NCBI RefSeq assembly: GCF_000737315.1 | Contig: NZ_JMCB01000005.1 | Span: forward strand, 124,001 to 188,000 | Origin: Hyalangium minutum | GTDB lineage: Bacteria > Myxococcota > Myxococcia > Myxococcales > Myxococcaceae | Direction of reading: 5' to 3' | DNA length: 64,000 nt | Notes under the pieces: generated by a model | Told to the model about the DNA's origin: nothing | What the model saw: the letters and a program-made list of their open reading frames with translations, nothing else | The model's database searches: none | Position numbers and translations under genes: made by a program | In this document: positions 36,498 to 46,299 of the stretch, piece after piece | How positions within the stretch are numbered: the first letter of the stretch is position 1 | Layout: every line of letters starts with the position of its first letter

Positions 36498-38189
36498 ATG
36501 AGCCTCCCCCTCATCGCGGGCTTGTTCCTGGTGCTGTTGGCGCTGGGCTACCACTTCTACGGTGGCTTCATCGCAAGGCAGTACAACCTGGACGACGGAG
36601 CGGTGACGCCCGCGCACGCGAAGCAGGACGGGGTGGACTTCATCCCGACGAAGCCGTTCTACCTGCTGGGCCAGCACTTCAGCGCCATCGCGGCGGCGGG
36701 GCCCATCGCCGGGCCCATCCTGGCGGCGCAGCAGTTCGGCTGGCTGCCCGCGCTGATGTGGATCTCGTTTGGCGTGGTGTTCATCGGCGCGGTGCATGAC
36801 CTGTCCACGCTGATTGCTTCGGTGCGGCACGGGGGGGTGTCCATCGCCGAGGTGGTGCGCGAGCACCTGGGGCCCCGGGCGGGCGTGGCGATGCTGCTCT
36901 TCATCTGGGTGGCGCTCATCTACGTCATCGTGGCCTTCACGGACGCGACGGCGTCCACGTTCGTGAGCGGGGACGCGGACCTGGCGGGGCTCACGTTCCG
37001 GTTCAACCCGGGCGGGGCGGTGGCGGCCGCGTCCATCATGTACCTGGTGCTGGCGGTGGTGATGGGGGTGGTGGACCGGTTCCTCAAGCCGCCGCTGTGG
37101 CTGCAGACGGTCCTCTTCGTTCCGGCGACGCTGGGCGCGGTGTGGCTGGGCACGCAGGTGTCCACGGTGCTGGTGATGGACGCGAAGGCGTGGTCCGTCC
37201 TCATCCTGGCCTACTGCTTCGTGGCGTCGCTCACGCCGGTGTGGATTCTCCTGCAGCCGCGCGGGTACCTGGGGGGCTTCGTCCTCTACGCGGCGCTGGC
37301 CATTGGCGTCGTGGGCATCTTCTATGGAGGGCTCAAGGGCGAACTCTCCATCCAGCAGCCGGCGTTCAACGGGTTCCAGGTGGGCGGGGCGGGTGGGGCG
37401 CTGTTCCCGTTCCTCTTCGTGACGATTGCATGCGGGGCCTGCTCGGGCTTCCACGGGCTGGTGTGCTCGGGGACGACGTCGAAGCAGATTGATAAGGAGT
37501 CGCACGTGCACCCGGTGGGCTACGGGGCCATGCTGCTCGAGGGCTTCGTGGCGGTGATTGCGCTGGCCACGGTGATGATCGCCACCAAGGCGGACCTGAC
37601 GGGCAAGGCGCCTGGCGCGGTGTACGGCATGGGGCTGGGGCGGCTGCTGGTGACGATCATCGGCCCGGAGCACCTGCTGTTCGCCACCACCTTTGGAGCC
37701 ATGGCGTTCTCCACCTTCGTGTTCGACACGCTGGATGTGTCCACGCGGCTGGGGCGCTACATCCTCCAGGAGCTGACGGGGGCGAAGGGCCGGACAGCGG
37801 CCGGGTTGGCCACGGCCATCACCTGCGGGGTGCCGATGCTCTTCGTGCTGCTGGCGGGCACGGGGGCGTGGCGCTCCTTCTGGACGCTGTTCGGCACCTC
37901 GAACCAGCTGCTGGCCTCGCTGTCGCTGCTGGGCATCTGCGTGTGGCTGAAGAAGAGCGGCAAGCGCTACGCGTACGCGCTGCTGCCCATGCTCTTCGTG
38001 GGGGCCGTGACGCTGACCAGCCTCGTGTTGCAGATTCGGGATGCCTTCTTCGTGCCGGAGGCCACGGCGGCGGTGCGGCTGAATGGGGTGGTGGCGCTGG
38101 TGCTGTTGGCGCTCGCTCTCTCGCTCTTCGTGGCGGGCGGGCGGGTTCTGCTCAACCGGGATGGGGCCAGACCCGCTCCGGCGGTGTAG
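36498..38189 (+). CDS. cstA: Second CstA-family transporter (short type)
   Basis: TPAHAKQDGVDFIPT, GQHFSAIAAAGPIAGP, PVWILLQPRGY, TIACGACSGFH, LFGTSNQLLA. Confidence 0.9.
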   Translation: MSLPLIAGLFLVLLALGYHFYGGFIARQYNLDDGAVTPAHAKQDGVDFIPTKPFYLLGQHFSAIAAAGPIAGPILAAQQFGWLPALMWISFGVVFIGAVHDLSTLIASVRHGGVSIAEVVREHLGPRAGVAMLLFIWVALIYVIVAFTDATASTFVSGDADLAGLTFRFNPGGAVAAASIMYLVLAVVMGVVDRFLKPPLWLQTVLFVPATLGAVWLGTQVSTVLVMDAKAWSVLILAYCFVASLTPVWILLQPRGYLGGFVLYAALAIGVVGIFYGGLKGELSIQQPAFNGFQVGGAGGALFPFLFVTIACGACSGFHGLVCSGTTSKQIDKESHVHPVGYGAMLLEGFVAVIALATVMIATKADLTGKAPGAVYGMGLGRLLVTIIGPEHLLFATTFGAMAFSTFVFDTLDVSTRLGRYILQELTGAKGRTAAGLATAITCGVPMLFVLLAGTGAWRSFWTLFGTSNQLLASLSLLGICVWLKKSGKRYAYALLPMLFVGAVTLTSLVLQIRDAFFVPEATAAVRLNGVVALVLLALALSLFVAGGRVLLNRDGARPAPAV

Positions 38190-38202
38190 CCTTCGGGGCT
38201 GA

Positions 38203-40410
38203 ATGTCCCGCTACGCCTTTACGCTCTTTCTCAGCGCCTTCCTGCTCTTTGGGGTTCAGCCGCTGGTAGGCAAGTTCGCGCTGCCGTGGTTCGGTGGAAC
38301 TCCGGCGGTGTGGACGGCCTGCATGCTCTTCTTTCAGGCGGCACTGCTGGCGGGCTATGCGTACTCGCATGCGGTGGCTACGCGGCTGCGGCCCCGTTCC
38401 CAGGTGAAGGTGCACCTGGGGCTGCTGGGCCTCACGGCGCTGGTGCTCCTGGGGCGAGCGCTGTGGGCGGGTTCTCCGGTGGCGCCTGGGGCGGAGTGGC
38501 GGCCCACGGGAGTGGAGGGGCTCACCGGGCGGCTGCTGGCCATGCTGGCGGTGTCGATCGGCCTGCCATTCTTCGTGCTGTCCACCACGGCGCCCCTGCT
38601 GCAGAGCTGGTTCTCGCGGACGCGGCCGGGCGTCTCGCCGTACCGGCTCTATGCGCTGTCCAACGTGGGCTCGTTCCTGGCGTTGTTGAGCTACCCCTTC
38701 CTCGTGGAGCCCTATGTGCCGCGCGATGTGCAGGGCTGGGGCTGGGCAGCGGGGTTCGCGGTGTTCCTCGCGGGGGCCATCGTCTGTGCCCGGGAGGTGT
38801 GGACGCGGGCCGAGGCGGCCAGTCCGGTGGGAGCCACTTCCGAGCTCGTGCCCTCGCCCGAGGAGACGGAGCGGCCGGGGCTGGGACGCCAGTTGGCGTG
38901 GCTGGCGCTGAGTGCGTGCGCATCCGTGCTGCTGCTGGCGACGACGAACCAGCTCTCGCAGGATGTGGCGGCCGGCCCGTTCCTCTGGGTGATGCCGCTG
39001 GCGCTCTACCTGCTCACCTTTATCCTCACCTTCGAGCGCGAGGCGCTGTACCCGCGCGCGGCCTGCATTGTCCTGCTCATCATCAGTGTGGGGGGGGTTA
39101 TCCGCTCCATCTTCGAAGGCCCTCACTTTCCGCTGGCACTTCAGCTGTTTGCGCACGGTGGCGCGCTGCTGGCGGGATGCATGGTGTGCCACGGGGAGCT
39201 GTACCGGCTGCGGCCAGCGCCCCGTCACTTGAGCGCCTTCTACCTTTGGGTGTCGGTGGGCGGCGTGGCGGGGGGCGTCATCGTCAGCCTGCTGGCGCCG
39301 CGCTTCTTCGACACCTATGCGGAGTACCCACTGGCGCTGGCGGCCAGCGCGCTGGTGGCACTGGTGGTGTTGCTCCCGCGTCCGCCGGAGCTGCGGCGGC
39401 TGGAGCGAGTGGGGCGGAACCTGGCGGTGCTGGTGCTGGCGGCGGTAGTGGGAGGGCTGGTGGTGGCGGTAGCGGACAGCCGGCGCGAGGTGCGGCTGAC
39501 GGCGCGCAACTTCTTCGGGGTGGTGCAGGTGCTGGAGAGCGGGATGGGGGATGCGCGCCTGCACCATTATTCGCTCAAGCACGGCGTCATTACCCATGGG
39601 GTGCAATTCGTCGCACCGGAGCGCCGGAGGCTGGCCACCGCGTACTTCACGCCGGACAGCGGCCTGGGGCTGGCCATCGCCGAGCTCCGCCGCGTGCGCC
39701 AGGCCGAGGGCAAGCCGCCCGGGCTGCGCATCGGGGTGCTGGGGCTGGGAGTGGGCACCAGTGCCGCGCTCACGGAAGCGGGGGACACGGTTCGTTTCTA
39801 CGAGATCAACCCGAAGGTCATCGCCTTGGCGTGGGGGGAGGGTGGCTACTTCAGCTATCTCAAGGACACGCCTGCGAAGGTGGAGGTGGTGGAGGGCGAC
39901 GCGCGCATCTCGCTGGAGCAGGAGCTGGCGCGGGGAGAGGCGCAGTCCTTCGATTTGCTGGCGCTGGACGTGTTCAGCTCGGACTCGATTCCGATGCACC
40001 TGCTCACCGAGGAGGCGGTGGCGCTGTACCGTCAGCACCTGCTCCCTCAGGGAGTGCTGGCGCTGCACATCAGTAACGTGCATCTGGACCTGGTGCCGAT
40101 CGCGCTGGCGCACGCTCGGAAGTTCGGGATGCACGCCACGCTCATCGTCAACGAGACGAAGAGGGATGATGCGCTGCGGAGCCTGTGGATGATCCTCAGC
40201 CCAAGCCCGGAGTTTTCCTGGGGTTCCACTTTCACTCAGTCGAGCGGCACGGTTCACCGGCTGGAGCTGGCGGAGCCGACGCGGATCACCTGGACGGACG
40301 AGCTCAGCAGCGTACTCCCAGTGCTACGGCGCCCGCACAAGCTGGTGGAGACGCGGCTGATCGACAGCCCTCCGTCTGCTGCCTCCATGGGCCAGCCCGC
40401 CTCTCCCTGA
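38203..40410 (+). CDS. Membrane protein fused to a spermidine synthase-like SAM-binding domain
   Basis: Many TMs (FLLFGVQPLVGK, LYALSNVGS); HGVITHG..Q; IGVLGLGVGT, FYEINP, GDAR, LDVFSSDSIPMHLLTEEA. Confidence 0.88.
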   Translation: MSRYAFTLFLSAFLLFGVQPLVGKFALPWFGGTPAVWTACMLFFQAALLAGYAYSHAVATRLRPRSQVKVHLGLLGLTALVLLGRALWAGSPVAPGAEWRPTGVEGLTGRLLAMLAVSIGLPFFVLSTTAPLLQSWFSRTRPGVSPYRLYALSNVGSFLALLSYPFLVEPYVPRDVQGWGWAAGFAVFLAGAIVCAREVWTRAEAASPVGATSELVPSPEETERPGLGRQLAWLALSACASVLLLATTNQLSQDVAAGPFLWVMPLALYLLTFILTFEREALYPRAACIVLLIISVGGVIRSIFEGPHFPLALQLFAHGGALLAGCMVCHGELYRLRPAPRHLSAFYLWVSVGGVAGGVIVSLLAPRFFDTYAEYPLALAASALVALVVLLPRPPELRRLERVGRNLAVLVLAAVVGGLVVAVADSRREVRLTARNFFGVVQVLESGMGDARLHHYSLKHGVITHGVQFVAPERRRLATAYFTPDSGLGLAIAELRRVRQAEGKPPGLRIGVLGLGVGTSAALTEAGDTVRFYEINPKVIALAWGEGGYFSYLKDTPAKVEVVEGDARISLEQELARGEAQSFDLLALDVFSSDSIPMHLLTEEAVALYRQHLLPQGVLALHISNVHLDLVPIALAHARKFGMHATLIVNETKRDDALRSLWMILSPSPEFSWGSTFTQSSGTVHRLELAEPTRITWTDELSSVLPVLRRPHKLVETRLIDSPPSAASMGQPASP

Positions 40411-40491
40411 CACTTCAGTTTTCGACGGATGCGCCGGCCAGAGTGATCCAGGCAGGACTGAGCCCCGCCTCTGTGGGAAGCTGCCTGCACG

Positions 40492-42531
40492 ATGGTGGTC
40501 TCCCCCAAGCTTCGCGCGCGGCTCCGGGATGTGGTGCAGCAACTGCTGGTGGCGGTGCAACAGCTCCGGCTGCCAGGGCCCTCGGTGCTCCCCGTGGCCG
40601 GCGCGGTCGTCGGTGTCTACAGCGGCCTCGCCGCCGGCCTCTTCGCCAACCTCATCGGTCTCGTGCGCGGGGGGAGCTACGGCGTCCCGCTGCTCGTGGA
40701 TGCGTTCCGCACGGGCTCGGAGACCCAAGCCCGCCTCGCCGAGTCCCTCACCAACGCTCGCTGGCACTTCGAGTTCATCATCGTCGGCATCCCGCTGTCC
40801 CTCGGGGCCCTTGGCCTCGCGCGCCTCATCAAGCCCGGTGAAGGACGTGAGGAGGTGAAGCGTCGCCTCGAAGTCCTCGCCCTGCTCGTCATGGGCGCCC
40901 TGTCGCTCTATTACCCCCTCGTGGCCCTGTCCGCCGTGAACGAGGTGCTCGGCCACATTCACCGGGACGTGGAGCACATCTCTCCCTTCCTCGTGGTGCT
41001 CGTGCCCATGCTCGGCGGCATGGTGGTGGGCCGCCTGCTCCAGGCCCGGCCCGAGACCCACGGCCACGGCGTCCCCGAAGTCGTCAAAGCCGTGGAGAGC
41101 GAAGGCCGGCTCCCCGCGCGCAATGGCCTGCTCAAGCTCATCGCCTCGGCCGTCACCATCGGCACGGGCGGCTCGGCGGGGCGCGAAGGCCCCATCGTCT
41201 ACGGCGGCGCCGCGTTCGGCTCCGAAGTGGGCCGCACCCTCGGCTTCACCCGCCGCGAGCTCGCCATCCTCATGGCCAGTGGCGCGGGCGCGGGCATCGC
41301 CGCCTCCTTCAATGCCCCCGTGGCCGGCGCCATCTTCGCCATGGAGATCCTCCTGCGCGAGTTCCAGCTCCGCGTCTTCTCTCCCATCATCCTCGCCAGC
41401 GTCACCGCCACCATGGTGAGCCGCGGCATCATGGGCAGTGCGCCCATGCTCGAGCGCGTCGCGTACATGATGGTCAGTGGCTGGGAGGTCGTCTTCTACG
41501 CCCTGCTCGGGCTGGTGTGCGGAGGCCTCGCCTACGCCTTCATCCAGTGCCTGCACGGCGTGGAGGAGTTCTTCCAGGGCAAGCGCCCCGGCAAGGTGTC
41601 CGCCTGGCTCGGCCTGCAGCCCCTCCCGGTGCGAGCGGGAATCGGCGGCGCGCTGGTGGGGCTCATCGCGCTGGCCCACCCCGTGGTGTGGGGCACCGGC
41701 CACGAGTACGCCAACGACGCGCTCGTGCGTGGGCTGTCGCTGTCGCTGCTGGCCTCCGGGTGCGTGCTCAAGCTGGTGGGCACCTCGCTGACGCTGGGCT
41801 CGGGAGGCTCCGGCGGCACGTTCTTCCCCGTCACGGTCATTGGCGCCATGGCAGGGGGCGCCTTCGGAGAAATCCTCCACGCGGTGCTGCCGAACGCCAC
41901 CGCTCCCAGTGGCGCCTACGCCATGGTGGGCATGGGCGGCGCCGTGGCGGCCATGACGCGCGGGCCGCTCACCGGGATGATGATGGTGTACGAGCTGAGC
42001 GGTAACTACGCCATCATCCTGCCGCTCATGGTGACGTGCACGCTGGCCTCGGCGCTCTGCCACGTCCTCGTGGAGCGCAAGGCCGCGCGCGCCGGAGAGG
42101 AGCGGCTCGCCCTGCGGCGCACGCCGGTGCGAGAGCTCGCCATCTGGGAAGAGGCCGTGTCGTCGGAGCTCTCCGTGGAGGACCTGCGCGAGCGGTTGAT
42201 CTCGTCGAAGGCCGCGGCGCTTCCGGTTCGAGGCACGGACGGACGATTGCGAGGCGTCGTCGTCGCCGGTGCCCTGGGCGAGCGCTGGCGGCAGGCCGGA
42301 GAGGCCGCCACGGTGGAGTCCCTGCTGGACGGTGCCCCCGTGCTCCCTCAGGAGGCCCCCGTGTCCGAGGCCCTGGCCACCATGGATGCGCAGGGCGTGG
42401 AGGTGCTCGCGGTGGACGGCGGAGAGCAGGTGGGGGTCGTCACGCGCCTCGGGCTGGAGCGCTTCCTCCAGGCAGGCCACGGCAAAGCGCCCCCGCACGA
42501 GCTGCCGTTCGGCGTCACCGAGATGCGCTGA
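40492..42531 (+). CDS. ClC family chloride channel/antiporter with CBS domains
   Basis: GHGVPE, GGSAGREGP, FNAPVAG, GSGGTFFP, PLTG...E; C-terminal CBS pair. Confidence 0.92.
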   Translation: MVVSPKLRARLRDVVQQLLVAVQQLRLPGPSVLPVAGAVVGVYSGLAAGLFANLIGLVRGGSYGVPLLVDAFRTGSETQARLAESLTNARWHFEFIIVGIPLSLGALGLARLIKPGEGREEVKRRLEVLALLVMGALSLYYPLVALSAVNEVLGHIHRDVEHISPFLVVLVPMLGGMVVGRLLQARPETHGHGVPEVVKAVESEGRLPARNGLLKLIASAVTIGTGGSAGREGPIVYGGAAFGSEVGRTLGFTRRELAILMASGAGAGIAASFNAPVAGAIFAMEILLREFQLRVFSPIILASVTATMVSRGIMGSAPMLERVAYMMVSGWEVVFYALLGLVCGGLAYAFIQCLHGVEEFFQGKRPGKVSAWLGLQPLPVRAGIGGALVGLIALAHPVVWGTGHEYANDALVRGLSLSLLASGCVLKLVGTSLTLGSGGSGGTFFPVTVIGAMAGGAFGEILHAVLPNATAPSGAYAMVGMGGAVAAMTRGPLTGMMMVYELSGNYAIILPLMVTCTLASALCHVLVERKAARAGEERLALRRTPVRELAIWEEAVSSELSVEDLRERLISSKAAALPVRGTDGRLRGVVVAGALGERWRQAGEAATVESLLDGAPVLPQEAPVSEALATMDAQGVEVLAVDGGEQVGVVTRLGLERFLQAGHGKAPPHELPFGVTEMR

Positions 42532-42537
42532 GCGGAG

Positions 42538-43305
42538 TCAGGCACCTGGCGTCATCGGCACGAACTCGCCGGCGGGGCTCACATCGAGCACCACCAGCAG
42601 CGCGAGGACACCGCAGGGCACGGCCATGGCGGCCGGGCCGAAGCGGAAGAACAGCAGCGGCCCCGCGGTGCACCCGAAGAGAAAGGCCGTTGCGAGCCCC
42701 AGGTGCAGCCGGGTGCGAGCGAACTGCTCGGCGGTGGGCAGCCGGCGGAGCATCCACACCAGCCCTCCGAGCCCATGGCCGCGCGCCCCATCCCGCACCC
42801 ACGTCATCATCTTCACCAACTGGATGCCGATGTCGGTGATGACGCCCGTCATGTGCGTGGTGCGCACCACCGCGCCGGACACGCGGGTGACGAGCGCGTT
42901 CTGAAGGCCCATGGCGTAGGCCATGCCCCAGAACACGGTGGGCTCTCGGGAGTCCGGGTGCCTCGAGGACCAGAAGCCCACGGAGGCCAGCGTGAGCGCC
43001 TCCACCAGGAGCGCCGTAGCATGCCGCCCTCGCCGCCGGTGACGCGCCAAGTCAATGAGCACCGTGGCGCTCATGGCCCCCAGCAGGAAGGCCAGCACGA
43101 GCTGGCCCGCGCCGATCGCCGTGCTCCACCGCCCGGTAGCGAGGTACTCGCCCACATTGGCCAGGTTGCCCGTCATGTGGGACGTGTGCGTGCCCACGGC
43201 GAAGAAGCTGATCGCATTCACCGAGCCCGCCACCCCCGCAAGTAGCAGAGCCAGCAGGGAGTAGGCGCGACGGCTCGCGGGCGAAGTTTCAGCGGAGAAG
43301 GGCAT
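42538..43305 (-). CDS. YoaK / DUF1275 family membrane protein
   Basis: AGSVNA..F..THTSHMTGN, AMGLQNA, VRTTHMTGVITD. Confidence 0.9.
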   Translation of the reverse strand: MPFSAETSPASRRAYSLLALLLAGVAGSVNAISFFAVGTHTSHMTGNLANVGEYLATGRWSTAIGAGQLVLAFLLGAMSATVLIDLARHRRRGRHATALLVEALTLASVGFWSSRHPDSREPTVFWGMAYAMGLQNALVTRVSGAVVRTTHMTGVITDIGIQLVKMMTWVRDGARGHGLGGLVWMLRRLPTAEQFARTRLHLGLATAFLFGCTAGPLLFFRFGPAAMAVPCGVLALLVVLDVSPAGEFVPMTPGA

Positions 43306-43509
43306 GGGAGGCAGTGTCTGGAAGCAGGCAGATGCTAACACCGCGATCTTCGGGGGTTCAGGGAGGTGTCCTCTCGGGTACCTGGCGGGTGGGCAGATAG
43401 GCGAGGTGTGGCTTCGCCGCCTTCTGGCAGGGAACCAGGGGCTTGGGGCTCCTTGTTGCTGGTCAAAATACTGAGCCTGGAGTGGAGTAGGCAGGCAGGA
43501 GGCAGGTGG

Positions 43510-44358
43510 ATGCGGAGGTTGGCGCAAGCATGGGTGTGGCTGGTGGTGGCGGCCGCCATGGGGCTTGCGCTGTATGGGCGTGCGTCTTCGCGTGCCGTGC
43601 CCCAGGTGGCGGTGAATGAGTCGCCCAGAGCCGAGTCCGCGAGCGACACACCAGGCGAGCTGACGTGGGGCTCGCCTGAAGAGCTGCGAACGCTGCCCGT
43701 GACCGAGGCCGCCAGCGAGGGGGACGGGCTGCTGGAGCTGCGTGTGATGGCGGGAGGCCGCCCGGTTCCTCGAGCCCAGGTGCGGCTGTACCGGCGCGAG
43801 GGCCTCAGCCGGGAGACAGGCAAGATGGACTGGCGGATCGCGGCCTCGGGCGCCACGGGGAATGACGGGAAGCTGTTGATGCCGGCGCGCGCGGGCTCCT
43901 ATCTCCTGGTGGCGCGGGCGAACGGCTTCGCGCCGGCCCGGCTCAACCTGATGCACCCGCTGGGAGGACCCCGGACGCCGGCGATCCTCCGCATGGAGGA
44001 GGCCAGCACCTTCTGGGGCACAACGGTGCTGCAGGGCTCGGGGAGGGCGCTGCCGGGCGCGGAGCTGACGTTCACGCCGGACGTGCGCCCCTGGGAGCAG
44101 GGCATGCACGCGGCCGCACCGGCCGAGGAGCGGGTGACGGTGACGAGCGACGCCTCAGGCCGCTTCCGCGTGGAGGGACTCGCGCCCGGGCTCTACCTGG
44201 TGGAGGGCCTGGCACCAGGGAGCACCACGCCGGTGGAGTGGACCCTCTGGCTGCCCTCGTCGGAGCCGCGGGTGCTGGCGCTGACCACGCCGGGCACGGC
44301 GGTGCGCAAGAGAATCGTCAAGCGGGCTCCCTCGTCGGAGCTCCGCTGCGGCGACTGA
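43510..44358 (+). CDS. Carboxypeptidase-regulatory-like (Ig-like) domain protein
   Basis: Signal/TM; two repeats G.PVP.A.V...TG.DG....GSY.L.A and G..LPGA...SDASGRF....LAPG.Y. Confidence 0.75.
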   Translation: MRRLAQAWVWLVVAAAMGLALYGRASSRAVPQVAVNESPRAESASDTPGELTWGSPEELRTLPVTEAASEGDGLLELRVMAGGRPVPRAQVRLYRREGLSRETGKMDWRIAASGATGNDGKLLMPARAGSYLLVARANGFAPARLNLMHPLGGPRTPAILRMEEASTFWGTTVLQGSGRALPGAELTFTPDVRPWEQGMHAAAPAEERVTVTSDASGRFRVEGLAPGLYLVEGLAPGSTTPVEWTLWLPSSEPRVLALTTPGTAVRKRIVKRAPSSELRCGD

Positions 44359-44371
44359 AGCGGGTGGCTGC

Positions 44372-44716
44372 TTACCCCGGCGGCCACCCCATGGGCCGGC
44401 CCGCGATCAGGTGCAGGTGGATGTGGAACACCGTCTGGCCGGCGTCGTCGTTGCAGTTCATGACGAGCCGGTAGCCCTTCTCCGAGTGGCCGCGCGCCTT
44501 CGCCACCTGAGCCGCCGCCGTGTACAGGTGCCCCACCGCCTCACGGTCCTCCTGGGCGATGTCGTTCACCGTGGGGATGTGCTTGAGCGGAATGAAGACC
44601 ACGTGCGTAGGCGCCTGGGGATTGATGTCCTCGAACGCCATGCACACGTCGTCCCGGTGGACGACCCGGGCGGGGATCAGACCATCGCGAATCTTGCAGA
44701 AGAGGCAGTTGGACAT
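44372..44716 (-). CDS. hinT: Histidine triad nucleotide-binding protein
   Basis: CLFCKI, AFEDINPQAPTH, GQTVFHIHLH. Confidence 0.93.
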   Translation of the reverse strand: MSNCLFCKIRDGLIPARVVHRDDVCMAFEDINPQAPTHVVFIPLKHIPTVNDIAQEDREAVGHLYTAAAQVAKARGHSEKGYRLVMNCNDDAGQTVFHIHLHLIAGRPMGWPPG

Positions 44717-44776
44717 GGCCTCGGCTTAGCAATCCCGGGCCCGGCTGGGAACGGTCTCGCGGGCCGAAGCGTTGGC

Positions 44777-46258
44777 CTACGGCAGCCGCCAGCTGTAGCC
44801 CGGGTCCGGCACACAGCCTGGGTTCGGCAGGCGCATCAGCCGGTAGTCCTGGTCCTGGGCCACCACCTCGCCCCCCACGCTCCACTGCGGCAGGGTGATG
44901 ACGTAGTTGAACAGGCCCGAGCCCCGGTCCGGGCCTATCTGCCAGTACAGCGGCACGAGGCGGTGGAAGTAGCTGTAGCCGCCCGTCCAAGCCATGTGCA
45001 CGGGGCTCTCCATCTTGAGCCCGCAGACGTCCTCGCGCTGGCCCGCCACGATCAGCAGCCGGTTGATGGGCCCCGAGTCGTCATACGCGCTGACCTGCGG
45101 GCGCTCGTTCACGTACTGGCCAATCTCCCCAAAGGTGAGTCGCCGCGAGAGCCCTGCCGAGACTGCCGCCACCGCCACCACCCCCAATGCTCCACCCACG
45201 CGCAGGGGCATCCTCCGGAGCCGTGACAGAACGACCTCCAGCCCCACGGCTGCGAGCGCGGCGAGCAGGGGCAGCAGCGGCACGAGGAAGCGCAGCTCCT
45301 TGTGTGGCTGGGAGGCGTGCAGCAGGAAGAAAGCGAGGATGAGCGCCGCGAGCCCTCGGGCGCGCCACAGCGCGAGCAGGCCGAGCACCCCCACCAGCGC
45401 GGAGATGCCGGGCATCGAGTTGCGCAGCGTCCGGGTGTAGTAGCTGAAGGGCGCCACGCCCCAGTGCTTGCCGCCCTCGTTGATGAGGTTGAACTCCAGG
45501 TACACGCGGGCCGAGTGGAACCAACTGCCCCACGTGAGCTTGTCCAGCAGCCCGAAGAGCCCCGCCCACACAGCGAGCACCCCGAGCGCGAGCCCCGCCG
45601 CCCGCCACTGCCTCCGAGCCGCGAGCAGGGCCACGAGCCCCGCGCAGAACACGGCGCTCTGCAGCCGCAGCAGCACGGCCAGCCCCAGCAGTGAGGCTCC
45701 CACCACCAGCGCCCGCCGCGATGCTCCCGGCGCCAGCGCCAACGCCAGCCCCAGCACCACCGGCAGGGCCGCGGCATTCTCGCTCATGGCCCGAGGCGCG
45801 AAGTACACGGGCACCGAGGCCCATGCCATCAACGAGGCCCCCGCGGTGGCGGCGAGCGGCCCGACCCCCTGAGAGCGGGCGAGCCGGTAGCTCCCCCAGG
45901 CGGTGGCGGTGCCCATCAGCGCGAAGGCCCCCTTCACCACGCCCAGGTAGCCGCTGGGCGAGTCCAGCCCCAGCCCCCTCGCCAGCCACATGAGCCCGGC
46001 CACCAGCCCAGGGAGCGCCCAGGTGCGCGCCCCCTCGATGAACTCCCAGGGCAGCATCCCGTAGCCGAAGACGAGCCGGTGAGCGGGCTCCAGGCTCTGG
46101 TAAATCTCATCCGGCCAGTACAGCCCGTCGTCCGTCAGGGCCAGCCACACCCGGAGTGTCGCACCCACAGCGAGCACCAAACCCAGGAGAACTCCCGCCA
46201 GACGGCGCTCGGAGGCAGGGGGCTCAGGGGTGGGCAGGGTGGGAGACACGTCGACCAA
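44777..46258 (-). CDS. GT-C mannosyltransferase, Alg9/PIG-B-like (GT22)
   Basis: PDEIYQSLEPAHRLVFGYG..PWEF, HKELRFL, multiple TMs; start uncertain (TTG). Confidence 0.8.
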   Translation of the reverse strand: MVDVSPTLPTPEPPASERRLAGVLLGLVLAVGATLRVWLALTDDGLYWPDEIYQSLEPAHRLVFGYGMLPWEFIEGARTWALPGLVAGLMWLARGLGLDSPSGYLGVVKGAFALMGTATAWGSYRLARSQGVGPLAATAGASLMAWASVPVYFAPRAMSENAAALPVVLGLALALAPGASRRALVVGASLLGLAVLLRLQSAVFCAGLVALLAARRQWRAAGLALGVLAVWAGLFGLLDKLTWGSWFHSARVYLEFNLINEGGKHWGVAPFSYYTRTLRNSMPGISALVGVLGLLALWRARGLAALILAFFLLHASQPHKELRFLVPLLPLLAALAAVGLEVVLSRLRRMPLRVGGALGVVAVAAVSAGLSRRLTFGEIGQYVNERPQVSAYDDSGPINRLLIVAGQREDVCGLKMESPVHMAWTGGYSYFHRLVPLYWQIGPDRGSGLFNYVITLPQWSVGGEVVAQDQDYRLMRLPNPGCVPDPGYSWRLP

Positions 46259-46299
46259 TCATCGCAAACCGGCCGCCGAGTGATATCCACTTCCTGACG

